From Candidatus Babeliales bacterium (lineage in GTDB: Bacteria; Babelota; Babeliae; Babelales; RVW-14), in NCBI GenBank assembly GCA_019746485.1, contig JAIERW010000005.1, positions 15,078 to 79,077 on the forward strand: a stretch of DNA of 64,000 bases. The letters are read 5' to 3'. Positions within the stretch are counted from its first letter, which is position 1. Every line of letters starts with the position of its first letter. Under the pieces are notes generated by a model. That model saw only the letters and a program-made list of their open reading frames with translations, made no database searches and was not told the DNA's origin. Shown here piece after piece: positions 44,752 to 53,651 of this stretch. Made by a program: the position numbers and the translations under genes.

Positions 44752-46833
44752 GTGATGAAGTTTATAAAAAGTACGTTACTTTTTTTGATTACACTTGGTT
44801 TGCATAGCTCTTGCGGCGCAAGTGGCGCGCGAATGAGTGCGCAAAGCATGCGGGGAATGAGCACGCTAGAACAGTACGGCAAACCCTTGCCACCACCACA
44901 CGCAATACCAATGCCACCGCCAGGCGGGCCACCAGCTGTTTCTCAACCGCAAGCAAGACCCACTTCTGAACAAAGCTTTACTCAGCAATTGCAGGCAGTA
45001 AAACGAACTCCTGTAGAACAACCAGTGGGTCAGCCACACGGATTTTTAAGATATACCGACGGTCCTTTACCAGCAACGCCACCAGCCGGCAAACCAAAGG
45101 GATTTCTTGAATATTCAACTCCTAATCAACAAGGCGGCTTGTCCAGATTTGGTACACCGCAAGCTCCACCAGTGCACGCAACGCCAACATCACAGCCCGT
45201 TCAAGCAAAACAAAAAACAAGCATGTGGAGCAACACAAAAACTCAAGCAAAAAGTTTTGGTGCTACACTAAAAAAAGCTTTAGGACTCGGATCTAAAAAA
45301 TCAGCAAAAAAAACTGATCAAGTTTTAACTACGCTCGTTGAACAAAAAACGTCGCCACGCTCTAAGCTCAAAGATATGGCACCTGATTCCATTGCACAGC
45401 AACGCGCACTTACAACGCTACAAATCGTACAACACCCAGGTTCAGACCGACCACTAGATCCGCCAGGAAAACAACGCGATCCAAGTATCATTCGCACACC
45501 AGCAAGCCCGCCAACACCCGAACAGCAAACAAGAATACTCGAACAACAAGTAAGCCAAACGCAAAAAAGAAGTGGAGACCTACTCAAAGAAATGAAAGAA
45601 ATCCAGGCACAACAAAAAAATCCAGACTTAACACCAAAACAACAAGCTAAATTACAGGAGCAGCTTGAACAAAAAACACCAGCTTACGTGCGAGAAATGA
45701 TCAAGTTGGGAAGCTTAGAAAAAGCTCAAAAAACTCAGCAAGCAGAAAGAATTAGCAAAGAAATGGGTGCTTTTCCTTTGCCATCACAGAAACAAACAAC
45801 GCAAGCTCTATTGCCACGACCTGAACCCACAACAACGGTAGCACCTCCAAAACCACCAATGCTTCCAGAACTCTTGCAACCTCGCCCACGCTCACTGCCG
45901 CCAATACCAACTCAGACACCAACTGAGCAGCCAAAGCAACAACAATCAACGCCGCCTCCACCAGTGCCAAGAGATACCCCAAGCAGGCAACCAGAATCAG
46001 AAAAATTTATAGGACCACTACAACCAAAACCAACATTAACAAGATTAAGCGACTTACCAACACCAACGCCACTTGGTCCTAAACCAAGCTCAGTAACCCA
46101 ACAAGAACAACAACCTCCTGCATCACAGCCAACACAAACTCCTCTGCAAAAATTTGGCCCAGCACCACAACCAACACCCCTTCAAATGATGGGACAGGCA
46201 CCGCAACCACCTACATCACAAACACCACCGCCTCCTCCACCAGCACCGGTTGAAACCAAACAATCTGCAAACTTGCTAGAACAAATTCGAGCAGGAGCCC
46301 AGTTGCAAAAAGTTGACCGACCAACTCAGCAAGGGACTCAACCACAATCAACGCCTCCGGCACTAGACCCTGCATTGGTAGCAGGACTACAGGCTCGTAG
46401 AAAGAGCCAAAGATTGGATGTTCAAGATAACCAGGAAATAGCTTCTGCAACCAAAACGCCTCAACCAACAACTACCACACCACCAAGTACAGCAGCAAGC
46501 TTTGGTCAAACACCGCCACCACCAATAGCCGGCACATTTCCGCCAGCTCCACCACCGCCACCGGCACCAAGCCAAGAAAGATCACCACGGCCAGTTAGTT
46601 TAGATACCGGTTTGCAACAACAAATTCAAGCAGGTAATTTTAAACTGAGAACAACTGAACAAAAACCGCGCCCACTCTCAACACCGCCAACAACAGCACC
46701 AAATCTTCAAGGTACACTTGAAGGAGCGCTTGCAGACAGAGGGCTGATACCAGCTGCTCAAACACAAAAAAAACCACCAAAAACAGCAGAAGAAATAGCC
46801 GCAAAACGAGCCAGAAAAGAAGAGTGGCAGTAA
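44752..46833 (+). CDS. secreted Pro/Gln-rich protein with polyproline tracts and two WH2-like / WASP-central-like modules (cluster protein A)
   Basis: GTG at 44752 or ATG at 44755 after RBS aggag. Signal MKFIKSTLLFLITLGLHSSCGA. PPPPPPAP (46225-46248); SANLLEQIRAGAQLQKVD (46264-46317); ALVAGLQARRKSQRLDVQDNQE (46372-46437); PPAPPPPPAP (46540-46569); LQQQIQAGNFKLRTTEQK (46612-46665). It ends KEEWQ*. Confidence 0.8.
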   Translation: MMKFIKSTLLFLITLGLHSSCGASGARMSAQSMRGMSTLEQYGKPLPPPHAIPMPPPGGPPAVSQPQARPTSEQSFTQQLQAVKRTPVEQPVGQPHGFLRYTDGPLPATPPAGKPKGFLEYSTPNQQGGLSRFGTPQAPPVHATPTSQPVQAKQKTSMWSNTKTQAKSFGATLKKALGLGSKKSAKKTDQVLTTLVEQKTSPRSKLKDMAPDSIAQQRALTTLQIVQHPGSDRPLDPPGKQRDPSIIRTPASPPTPEQQTRILEQQVSQTQKRSGDLLKEMKEIQAQQKNPDLTPKQQAKLQEQLEQKTPAYVREMIKLGSLEKAQKTQQAERISKEMGAFPLPSQKQTTQALLPRPEPTTTVAPPKPPMLPELLQPRPRSLPPIPTQTPTEQPKQQQSTPPPPVPRDTPSRQPESEKFIGPLQPKPTLTRLSDLPTPTPLGPKPSSVTQQEQQPPASQPTQTPLQKFGPAPQPTPLQMMGQAPQPPTSQTPPPPPPAPVETKQSANLLEQIRAGAQLQKVDRPTQQGTQPQSTPPALDPALVAGLQARRKSQRLDVQDNQEIASATKTPQPTTTTPPSTAASFGQTPPPPIAGTFPPAPPPPPAPSQERSPRPVSLDTGLQQQIQAGNFKLRTTEQKPRPLSTPPTTAPNLQGTLEGALADRGLIPAAQTQKKPPKTAEEIAAKRARKEEWQ

Positions 46834-46865
46834 AACTAACGTAAACAAAGCAAAAAAAACTATGA

Positions 46866-46892
46866 GGGGATGCATATTGGCATCCCCTTTTT
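46866..46892 (+). terminator. rho-independent terminator after protein A
   Basis: ggggatgc-atattg-gcatcccc followed by ttttt. Confidence 0.85.
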
Positions 46893-46916
46893 CATTAAAG
46901 AAGTTTCCTCAAACCA

Positions 46917-46946
46917 TTGAGTTTGCTGAGTGCAAATTGCTATAAT
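46917..46946 (+). promoter_or_regulatory. candidate sigma-70 promoter for protein B
   Basis: ttgagt, 18 nt spacer, tataat. The same ttgagt-N18-ta(t/c)aat layout recurs at 49183. Confidence 0.5.
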
Positions 46947-47000
46947 TAAGCCATGAATAATGCTGCCAGGAATTTTTGAAAAAGAAAAAGGGAACTGCCC

Positions 47001-49073
47001 ATGAATAAAAGATATTCTTACGTGCTTGTTGTAGCGTTTTTAATGCTGTGCACTCAGCCTTGCCAGGCGTTACCAAACTGGCAAAGTATTCAATTTAAAG
47101 TTGCCGATTTTGCTACTGCTGCAAAACAAAAAATAAGTACTGTGTTTCAAAACGTACAAGATGCACGCAAAACCAAACAAGCAATTCAACAAGAAACAAC
47201 AAGCTTAAAAAAATGGACCCCACAAGACGCAACACCAGCAAGACTTCAGCAAATTGAAGCCGAAAAAAAAGCTGGCCTTGATATCCGTCGTGCAGAACGA
47301 ACCGCAGATTATAACCTGAACGCACAATACCGCCTTCAAACATTTGAGCAACGACAAGCACAAAAAAAAGGTGTTGAGTACTTCGTTCCTTCGCCAACAC
47401 TTCAAAAACGTACAGCACTTACTGAACAAAGTTTAAGTAATATTACCGCAAAGCTACCTGTTTCGTATGGTTCGCCAAATCTTGGCGTCATTACCAGCCC
47501 AACTGTTCGTAACGCATTAAGCAGACAACAAGAAGAAGCAGCCTTGCAACAAAAGCGTCAAGCATTAGGAGCTCCTGCACCAAGTCAAACGGCACCATGG
47601 CGACCAGCATATGAAGCTTCATTTGAACTTGGAGAAAGACCCAATTTTCCTCAAAAGATTGGTATTCAATCACCACAGCAACAAGAGCGGCTTGAACAAA
47701 ACAAACAGTTGCGTGAACAGCGGCTTGCGCAACCAACTAGTCCAACACCAACCTCAATAACAACGGCAATACAGCCGCAACCAGTAGTTACACCACCGGA
47801 ACCACAACCAAGTCAACGCTGGATTAGTGTACGACCTACTGAATTACAAATACCACCAACACCAACGCCTCGCCCTTCCGTTGTTAGTTCAACTCAGGGA
47901 AGAATACAAACGATGCAAGAGTTTCAACGTCTTGTCCCTCAACCTGTCACCACCAAACCAAGTGCTCCAGACATAAAACAACCGGCAACAGAAACAACAC
48001 AGCCATTACAAACCGGTCGCATTTCGCAAGAAGCACAAGCACGGATTAGACCAATACAGCATTTTCAAGAACTCGCAGCAACACAACCAGTAGCCACCGA
48101 ACAACAAAGAACCATGATGCAAAAAGCGCAAGAAGCAGCCAAAACCGCTGGCAAAATGACGCTGAAAGGCCTTGAAAAATTGGCTGATATTTCACAGGCG
48201 CCCTCTCGAGGTATAGCAACCGTTCGCGATGCCGCTTTAGAAAAGGCATGGCAAGGAACCAAAGTTGTTGGCAAAAAAGTTGCCAGCGAAGCTCAAGTTG
48301 CTGGTCAGTGGGTTAAAGAACAAGTAAAACCAACACCAACTTCACAACTCTCACCAACTATGCAAAGAATTGATGCATCAATGAAAAGTACTGGTGCAGA
48401 ATTGGACAAACTCCAACGTAGCTATGAAAAAGAAAAAGACCCCGCAAAACAAGCCGAACTTGCAACTCAAATAAAAGCAAAAACCACAGAATTGAGTCAA
48501 CTGTCTGCAAGTTACACACGACGAGAAATCGAAGAAGCGTCTGCCGTACGGCCAACAACGCCCCTTGAAGGAAGAGCGCAACAACAAAAAACACTTGCTG
48601 AATGGCAAGCTGGTCAAACGCAAAGAAAGCTTCAAGAACAAAGAATAGCCGAGGCTGCTTGGGAAGGCACAAAAGCGCCAGCAACTCCAGCACCTCAAAA
48701 ACCACTATCAACCACGCTAACATCTGAATACAACGCACCTCTTCCTCCACGACCAACAATAACAACAACACCGATGCTCTCAAAACAACCATCAACTCAA
48801 GCTTCTCCACTCACGGGGCTGAGTGAAACACAACCTTTGCCTAAACTTACGCAAGGTCGCGCCGCAATACCAGCTGGCACGCGCAGACCGCCAACGCCTA
48901 GAGCCACAATAGAAACAACACTCGCAGCCCCAGATGCAGCTGGGCCAAGACAAGCCCCAGCGGGACAGACACAGGCACCGGCTCCAGCAGCAACCATGGC
49001 ACCCGGTAGGCCCGGTTTTGGCAACATCGATCTTGGTAGCGTTACTTTGAGAAGAACCGAACCAACGCCATAA
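47001..49073 (+). CDS. secreted Pro/Gln/Thr-rich protein (cluster protein B), C-terminal WH2/thymosin-like motif
   Basis: Signal MNKRYSYVLVVAFLMLCTQPCQA. It shares MMQKAQEAAKTAG (48114-48152) and GQWVKEQVKP with protein C. It ends GNIDLGSVTLRRTEPTP* (motif at 49026-49061). Confidence 0.8.
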   Translation: MNKRYSYVLVVAFLMLCTQPCQALPNWQSIQFKVADFATAAKQKISTVFQNVQDARKTKQAIQQETTSLKKWTPQDATPARLQQIEAEKKAGLDIRRAERTADYNLNAQYRLQTFEQRQAQKKGVEYFVPSPTLQKRTALTEQSLSNITAKLPVSYGSPNLGVITSPTVRNALSRQQEEAALQQKRQALGAPAPSQTAPWRPAYEASFELGERPNFPQKIGIQSPQQQERLEQNKQLREQRLAQPTSPTPTSITTAIQPQPVVTPPEPQPSQRWISVRPTELQIPPTPTPRPSVVSSTQGRIQTMQEFQRLVPQPVTTKPSAPDIKQPATETTQPLQTGRISQEAQARIRPIQHFQELAATQPVATEQQRTMMQKAQEAAKTAGKMTLKGLEKLADISQAPSRGIATVRDAALEKAWQGTKVVGKKVASEAQVAGQWVKEQVKPTPTSQLSPTMQRIDASMKSTGAELDKLQRSYEKEKDPAKQAELATQIKAKTTELSQLSASYTRREIEEASAVRPTTPLEGRAQQQKTLAEWQAGQTQRKLQEQRIAEAAWEGTKAPATPAPQKPLSTTLTSEYNAPLPPRPTITTTPMLSKQPSTQASPLTGLSETQPLPKLTQGRAAIPAGTRRPPTPRATIETTLAAPDAAGPRQAPAGQTQAPAPAATMAPGRPGFGNIDLGSVTLRRTEPTP

Positions 49074-49112
49074 CTCACACCAGCATGAAGCCCACGTAAA
49101 CTGAATAGAATT

Positions 49113-49150
49113 AAAACCAAGAGGGGTGCGCGCGCACCCCTCTTGGTTTT
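49113..49150. terminator. long palindromic terminator after protein B
   Basis: aaaaccaagaggggtgcg/cgcgcacccctcttggtttt. Confidence 0.85.
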
Positions 49151-49182
49151 AATTAAAAATATTTCTTTTATAAATAAATTTA

Positions 49183-49212
49183 TTGAGTTTTATCAACCAC
49201 AACTGCTACAAT
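49183..49212 (+). promoter_or_regulatory. candidate sigma-70 promoter for protein C
   Basis: ttgagt, 18 nt spacer, tacaat. Confidence 0.5.
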
Positions 49213-49280
49213 CAAAGTAGTGAATATGAACAAATACACACATTGGTACTTTTTAAATAGTATTTTAAAGGAGATAAACC

Positions 49281-50714
49281 ATGAAGATTATGCGTAGATT
49301 TATGCTGGCACTTGTTGCTTGCTTGTTTGCAAGCGTAACAGTGCAGGCGGCAGGAAGAAGACCGTCAGGCCCACCAGCAGGGTCTCCTTTCCAACCAGGC
49401 GCCGAAGCATTTCGACAAGCCGCACAACTAAAAACCGTACAAGGACCTCAACAAAGTACTTGGCAAAAAATTAAGGCCGCTGTCGCAAACCCAGTTCAAA
49501 CAGCAAAAAATATCTGGTCAGGCACAACAACTCAACCAAAACAAGTACATAGCGGCGAGTTAAGCTCAGCTCCTGCTGGCGGCATGGTTCGCAGCATGCA
49601 ACAACAAGTAAGAGGGCAAATGACGCAACCGGCAGCACCTGTCACCACCAAAGGCCTTGGTTACTACGTCCAACAACCCTTTCAAGCTGCAAAAACAGCT
49701 GCACAATCAGCTTATCAAAAAGTAACAACGCCAAGCGGACCAGCACGATACACGCCAGCAGTTGGCGAACAACCACAAAAACCACAATACAGCACCGTAC
49801 AAAAGGTTTTAAGTCCTGTTCGCTATTACCAAGATAGCAAAGCTTATAGCGCCGACAAAAAAACAGCACAACAGCAAACTGCCAACTTGCAAGGAGAAAT
49901 GAAAGCCAAAGGGCAATTGCTAACACCGGAAGAAACCGCAAAAAGAACCCTCATGCAAAAAGCTCAAGAAGCTGCAACAGCCGCTGGCAGCAAAGTTGCC
50001 TCCGGAGCACAATTTGTTGGCGGACAAGTTCGTCAGGCAGCAACAGCTACTGGCCAAGCCGTAGGGCAAGCTGGCCAATGGGTTCAACAACAAGTACGAC
50101 CTGCTCGTCGTGAAAATGTTGCAGCACCAACGCCGCTTGTACCCGGAGCTCCAGGCACAGTTACTGGCAGAATGCAAACACCAACTGGTCAGTATGTTGA
50201 TGTAACAAGACGCCAAACACCCGCAGTTGGACCAGTACAACCAGCTTCACCACCACAACCTGAACCAATAACACAAAAAAGTCTTGAAGCACGAGAAAAA
50301 GATGTACAAAAATTAATGGCACAATCAAACCAAACTAACAAAGAAGCTCTTAAAGATCCTTATAATCAAGAAAAACAAGCAGCAGCTCAAGCTGCACAAG
50401 ACACGGCATTTGCAGCACGCACACAGCTAACACAGGACAAAAAGGCCTTTGCAGCCCAAACAGGAGCTACGCCAACGCGACCAGCTGCACAAATACCCGC
50501 TCCATCGCCAGAACAGCAAAGAATCACTGAACAAAATCGCGGCATACTACAAGAGGCTTTAAGCAACCCACTTGGCCGCTATGCAACCCAGCCAGCTCCA
50601 AGCCAACAGCGACAACCTCTGCCTATCCCGCCAGTAGGGCCAGGAAAACCGTCAACCTTTATTCCTCAATCTCGCCCAGTCCAACAAGATGTAGCGCATG
50701 CTACCAACTTCTAA
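49281..50714 (+). CDS. secreted Gln/Pro/Ala-rich protein (cluster protein C), paralog of B
   Basis: Signal MKIMRRFMLALVACLFASVTVQA. LMQKAQEAATAAG (49950-49988) and AGQWVQQQVRP match B. Confidence 0.8.
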   Translation: MKIMRRFMLALVACLFASVTVQAAGRRPSGPPAGSPFQPGAEAFRQAAQLKTVQGPQQSTWQKIKAAVANPVQTAKNIWSGTTTQPKQVHSGELSSAPAGGMVRSMQQQVRGQMTQPAAPVTTKGLGYYVQQPFQAAKTAAQSAYQKVTTPSGPARYTPAVGEQPQKPQYSTVQKVLSPVRYYQDSKAYSADKKTAQQQTANLQGEMKAKGQLLTPEETAKRTLMQKAQEAATAAGSKVASGAQFVGGQVRQAATATGQAVGQAGQWVQQQVRPARRENVAAPTPLVPGAPGTVTGRMQTPTGQYVDVTRRQTPAVGPVQPASPPQPEPITQKSLEAREKDVQKLMAQSNQTNKEALKDPYNQEKQAAAQAAQDTAFAARTQLTQDKKAFAAQTGATPTRPAAQIPAPSPEQQRITEQNRGILQEALSNPLGRYATQPAPSQQRQPLPIPPVGPGKPSTFIPQSRPVQQDVAHATNF

Positions 50715-50734
50715 AAACTTTAAAAACTACTACG

Positions 50735-50772
50735 ACGGGGGATGCATTTGCGCATCCCCCGTTTTCTTTTTT
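50735..50772 (+). terminator. rho-independent terminator after protein C
   Basis: acgggggatgc-atttgc-gcatcccccgt followed by tttctttttt. The stem is related to the terminator after protein A. Confidence 0.85.
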
Positions 50773-50778
50773 AAACCG

Positions 50779-50808
50779 TTGCTTCCGCCCTCTCAACCAT
50801 GCTACAAT
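50779..50808 (+). promoter_or_regulatory. candidate sigma-70 promoter for the small gene and protein D
   Basis: ttgctt, 18 nt spacer, tacaat. The caacca..gctacaat context resembles the 49183 promoter. Confidence 0.4.
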
Positions 50809-50861
50809 TATTACAGATAGAAAGACAAAAACCACATAAAAAATTAAAAAAAGGTACCTAC

Positions 50862-51242
50862 ATGGATGTTGGCATGAAAATAAAACTCTTCGTGGCCGCA
50901 ATAACACTCACGGCATCATATGCCATTACCACTTTTAGCCCGGGGCCTGAAGAACTCCCACAACAAAGCCTTTTTTCTTACGCCGGCAAGACAGTAAAAA
51001 AAACTGCTAAAGACATTATTTTTGTGGTCAGCGGCAACTACACACGCGGCAGCACGCAACCGGTACGCCAACAACGCCAACAAGCAAAGCTAAGCGCTCT
51101 CTACCAACAGATTATTGCAGGACAAGTACACGAAAATGTTGGCAGCAAAATTGCAAAACTTGAGGCTAAAATAAAAATGAATTACGGCAAAAGCACCTTA
51201 CAGGCTCTACAACAAAAATGTGGCATTGCTCTTACCGACTAA
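50862..51242 (+). CDS. small secreted protein (hypothetical) within the Pro-rich cluster
   Basis: Start at MDVGMKIKLFVAAITLTASYA (ATG at 50862 or 50874). About 125 aa. It contains LYQQIIAGQVHENV, which is only weakly WH2-like. Confidence 0.55.
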   Translation: MDVGMKIKLFVAAITLTASYAITTFSPGPEELPQQSLFSYAGKTVKKTAKDIIFVVSGNYTRGSTQPVRQQRQQAKLSALYQQIIAGQVHENVGSKIAKLEAKIKMNYGKSTLQALQQKCGIALTD

Positions 51243-51256
51243 TCAAAAGGAAAAAA

Positions 51257-53548
51257 ATGGTACGTCAACAGCACCTTTTTTTATTCGCACTCATTACCGC
51301 GCTAGGCATAGCGCACACGCCCGTGCAGCCGGCAGCGCTTTTGAGACAGATGTTTAAACCTTTCCAGGCAAAAAGCACCGCTAGCCAAAAAGAAAAAAGT
51401 GATACGAGTGCAGCAGGCGTTTTTGACAAAAGCCCAACAGCGAAAAAACCAAAGACTCTAACCCCCGATGAAGAGCTTGCTCAAAGATTAGGAACACCCC
51501 GCCCAGCGCCAACCCCTGGCGCTCCACAACCATTTATGCCCGTACCTCCCGGCCTTGGGCACCCACCAGCACCCACGGCCGGCATTGGCGCTCCAGCACC
51601 AGTAGCAACGGCAAAGCCACCGACAAGCGGCATGACTAACCAAGGAAAACCCGGTGTGTTTGGCAAAACTAAAGATGCCTATTCTGATATTACAACACGC
51701 CTTGAAACGGCACAAAAAACAGCACGTGATGCAATTGCCACCGGCACTCCTGGCCTTTTTCAACTACAAAAACAAACAACGCAACAACTTCAAACTGGTC
51801 AACAAGTAAACTCTTACAGTGCAGACCCCAAAACAAGTTCTTATGCTGCAACGGGCACTAAAAGTCCTTACGAAGGTGGACAAAGCCGCTACGCAGGTAC
51901 TGGCACTCCAAGCGTTTATACAACAGCACCTGGTTCAAGCGCCTACGCACCAACACCACCACCACTGGTACAACGACCTTCTGCACCAACTCTGCCTCAG
52001 GGCATTCGACCAACGCCAGCGCAACTGGCGCGACGACCACAAGCTTTTGAACCAAGTCCAACAACACCAACCCGTCCGACACTACCACCAAAACCTATGT
52101 ATATGCAGCGCCCAGCAACTCCGCCAGCAACACTACCAAAACCTGCCGGCTCGCCTGCTGCATGGGCAGAAGTTGTGACTAAACGACCAACGCAAACCCC
52201 GCCAACAACTACTCACCCACAAACACCAGCACCAACACTGAGCAAAGCACAAGAAGCAGAACTCAATAAACAAATAAAAGCTCATGCAGCACAGCAAAAA
52301 GCGCAAGCTGCCGCTGACGCACAACAACAAAAAGAACAAGCAGTGATGCAACAACGACTTAAAGAAATCGAAACAGCAATAGCAAAAGGCGACCCCAAAA
52401 CATTAAAAATATATGATGATCGAGCCAAAGCTATGGGCCTTACACGTGACGAATACATACTTGGTCTGCAATCAGGAGCACTTACTCAAGCACAACGCCG
52501 ACAAATGCGCAGCGAACAGGATGCAAGCCGCGGCATGCTTTACAACATGACAATGGGAGATATGCGTCGAGACATTCAACAAGCAAAAGACGCTCTTACA
52601 TCGCCAATCCAAACTATGAAAAAAGAATGGGCACAGTCAATGAGCCAATTCAAAAGCCCGCTACGAGAGTTCCAGCAAGCCACTCAACAATTTCGGACAG
52701 ACAAAGCAACACTACGAACTGATATAACCAGTGCTATAGAAAAAATTAAACAATCAAGTGCTGCCAAAACGATCTTAAGTGCAAAAGATCAAGCCGATAT
52801 CAAAGCAAAAGAAGTTGCACTTAAAGCTCGTTATTATGGCCAACCAGATGCCGCTAAAAAAGTTAAAGCAGAACTTGATGTTTACAAAAAAGGTGTAAGC
52901 GACAAGCGCGCTTTGACAACAATAGAAAATCAATCAATTGTCACCAAACGCCAAGAAATTAAACAAGACTTAATGCAACAGGCACAAGATCATTACCAAG
53001 CAGCTGAAGCACGTGTTACACAAAAACAAGAATCATTAGCTGCTCTTGGCGAACCAAAGCAGGGAGAAGCACCAGATCTCATTGCACGCCGCAAAGCACT
53101 TACAACTTCTCTTGCTGCTGACCAAAAACAACTTGCTAACCTCCATCCAGAATCACCGCAGGTAATGCAGCAGATAGCAAAACTTGAGCAAAAGGCTATG
53201 ACTGACTTTACCAAGCAATTACCGCAAGGACGCGCTGAAGCTCGTCAGATCAGCGAAGAGATAAAGGGCCTTCTTTCAGAACAAACTCGTGCAAATCCTG
53301 CAAGAAAAACAGAGATTACACAACTGATCAACGAAAAAGCGGCACGCTATAACGACGTAACAAGCCCTCCGGTAACAGCAGTACTGCCAACACCAACGCT
53401 CGCACTGCCACTTGGCACAAATCCTGCAACGCGTATTCAACAACAACCAGCACCAACAGCCACTATCACTGGGCAAAGCCCGCCAATCACTCAACAGTCT
53501 GGTATTCAACGTAGTCAGACTACAACGACTGTTACGGTTTATGAATAG
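51257..53548 (+). CDS. secreted Pro/Thr/Gln-rich and coiled-coil protein (cluster protein D)
   Basis: ATG at 51257 after aaagga. Signal MVRQQHLFLFALITALGIAHT. The N-terminal half is P/T/A-rich and the C-terminal half is Q/K/A coiled coil. DEELAQRLGTPRPAP resembles the C-terminus of protein E. Confidence 0.8.
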   Translation: MVRQQHLFLFALITALGIAHTPVQPAALLRQMFKPFQAKSTASQKEKSDTSAAGVFDKSPTAKKPKTLTPDEELAQRLGTPRPAPTPGAPQPFMPVPPGLGHPPAPTAGIGAPAPVATAKPPTSGMTNQGKPGVFGKTKDAYSDITTRLETAQKTARDAIATGTPGLFQLQKQTTQQLQTGQQVNSYSADPKTSSYAATGTKSPYEGGQSRYAGTGTPSVYTTAPGSSAYAPTPPPLVQRPSAPTLPQGIRPTPAQLARRPQAFEPSPTTPTRPTLPPKPMYMQRPATPPATLPKPAGSPAAWAEVVTKRPTQTPPTTTHPQTPAPTLSKAQEAELNKQIKAHAAQQKAQAAADAQQQKEQAVMQQRLKEIETAIAKGDPKTLKIYDDRAKAMGLTRDEYILGLQSGALTQAQRRQMRSEQDASRGMLYNMTMGDMRRDIQQAKDALTSPIQTMKKEWAQSMSQFKSPLREFQQATQQFRTDKATLRTDITSAIEKIKQSSAAKTILSAKDQADIKAKEVALKARYYGQPDAAKKVKAELDVYKKGVSDKRALTTIENQSIVTKRQEIKQDLMQQAQDHYQAAEARVTQKQESLAALGEPKQGEAPDLIARRKALTTSLAADQKQLANLHPESPQVMQQIAKLEQKAMTDFTKQLPQGRAEARQISEEIKGLLSEQTRANPARKTEITQLINEKAARYNDVTSPPVTAVLPTPTLALPLGTNPATRIQQQPAPTATITGQSPPITQQSGIQRSQTTTTVTVYE

Positions 53549-53651
53549 CCCTTCAACACGGTGCCAGCAAATTTTGTTGGATTATTGTTTTATGACAAGC
53601 GTTTGTGCTATTTTAAATAAAAGGAAATCTGTTTTTTGGGGAGAATAGAAA

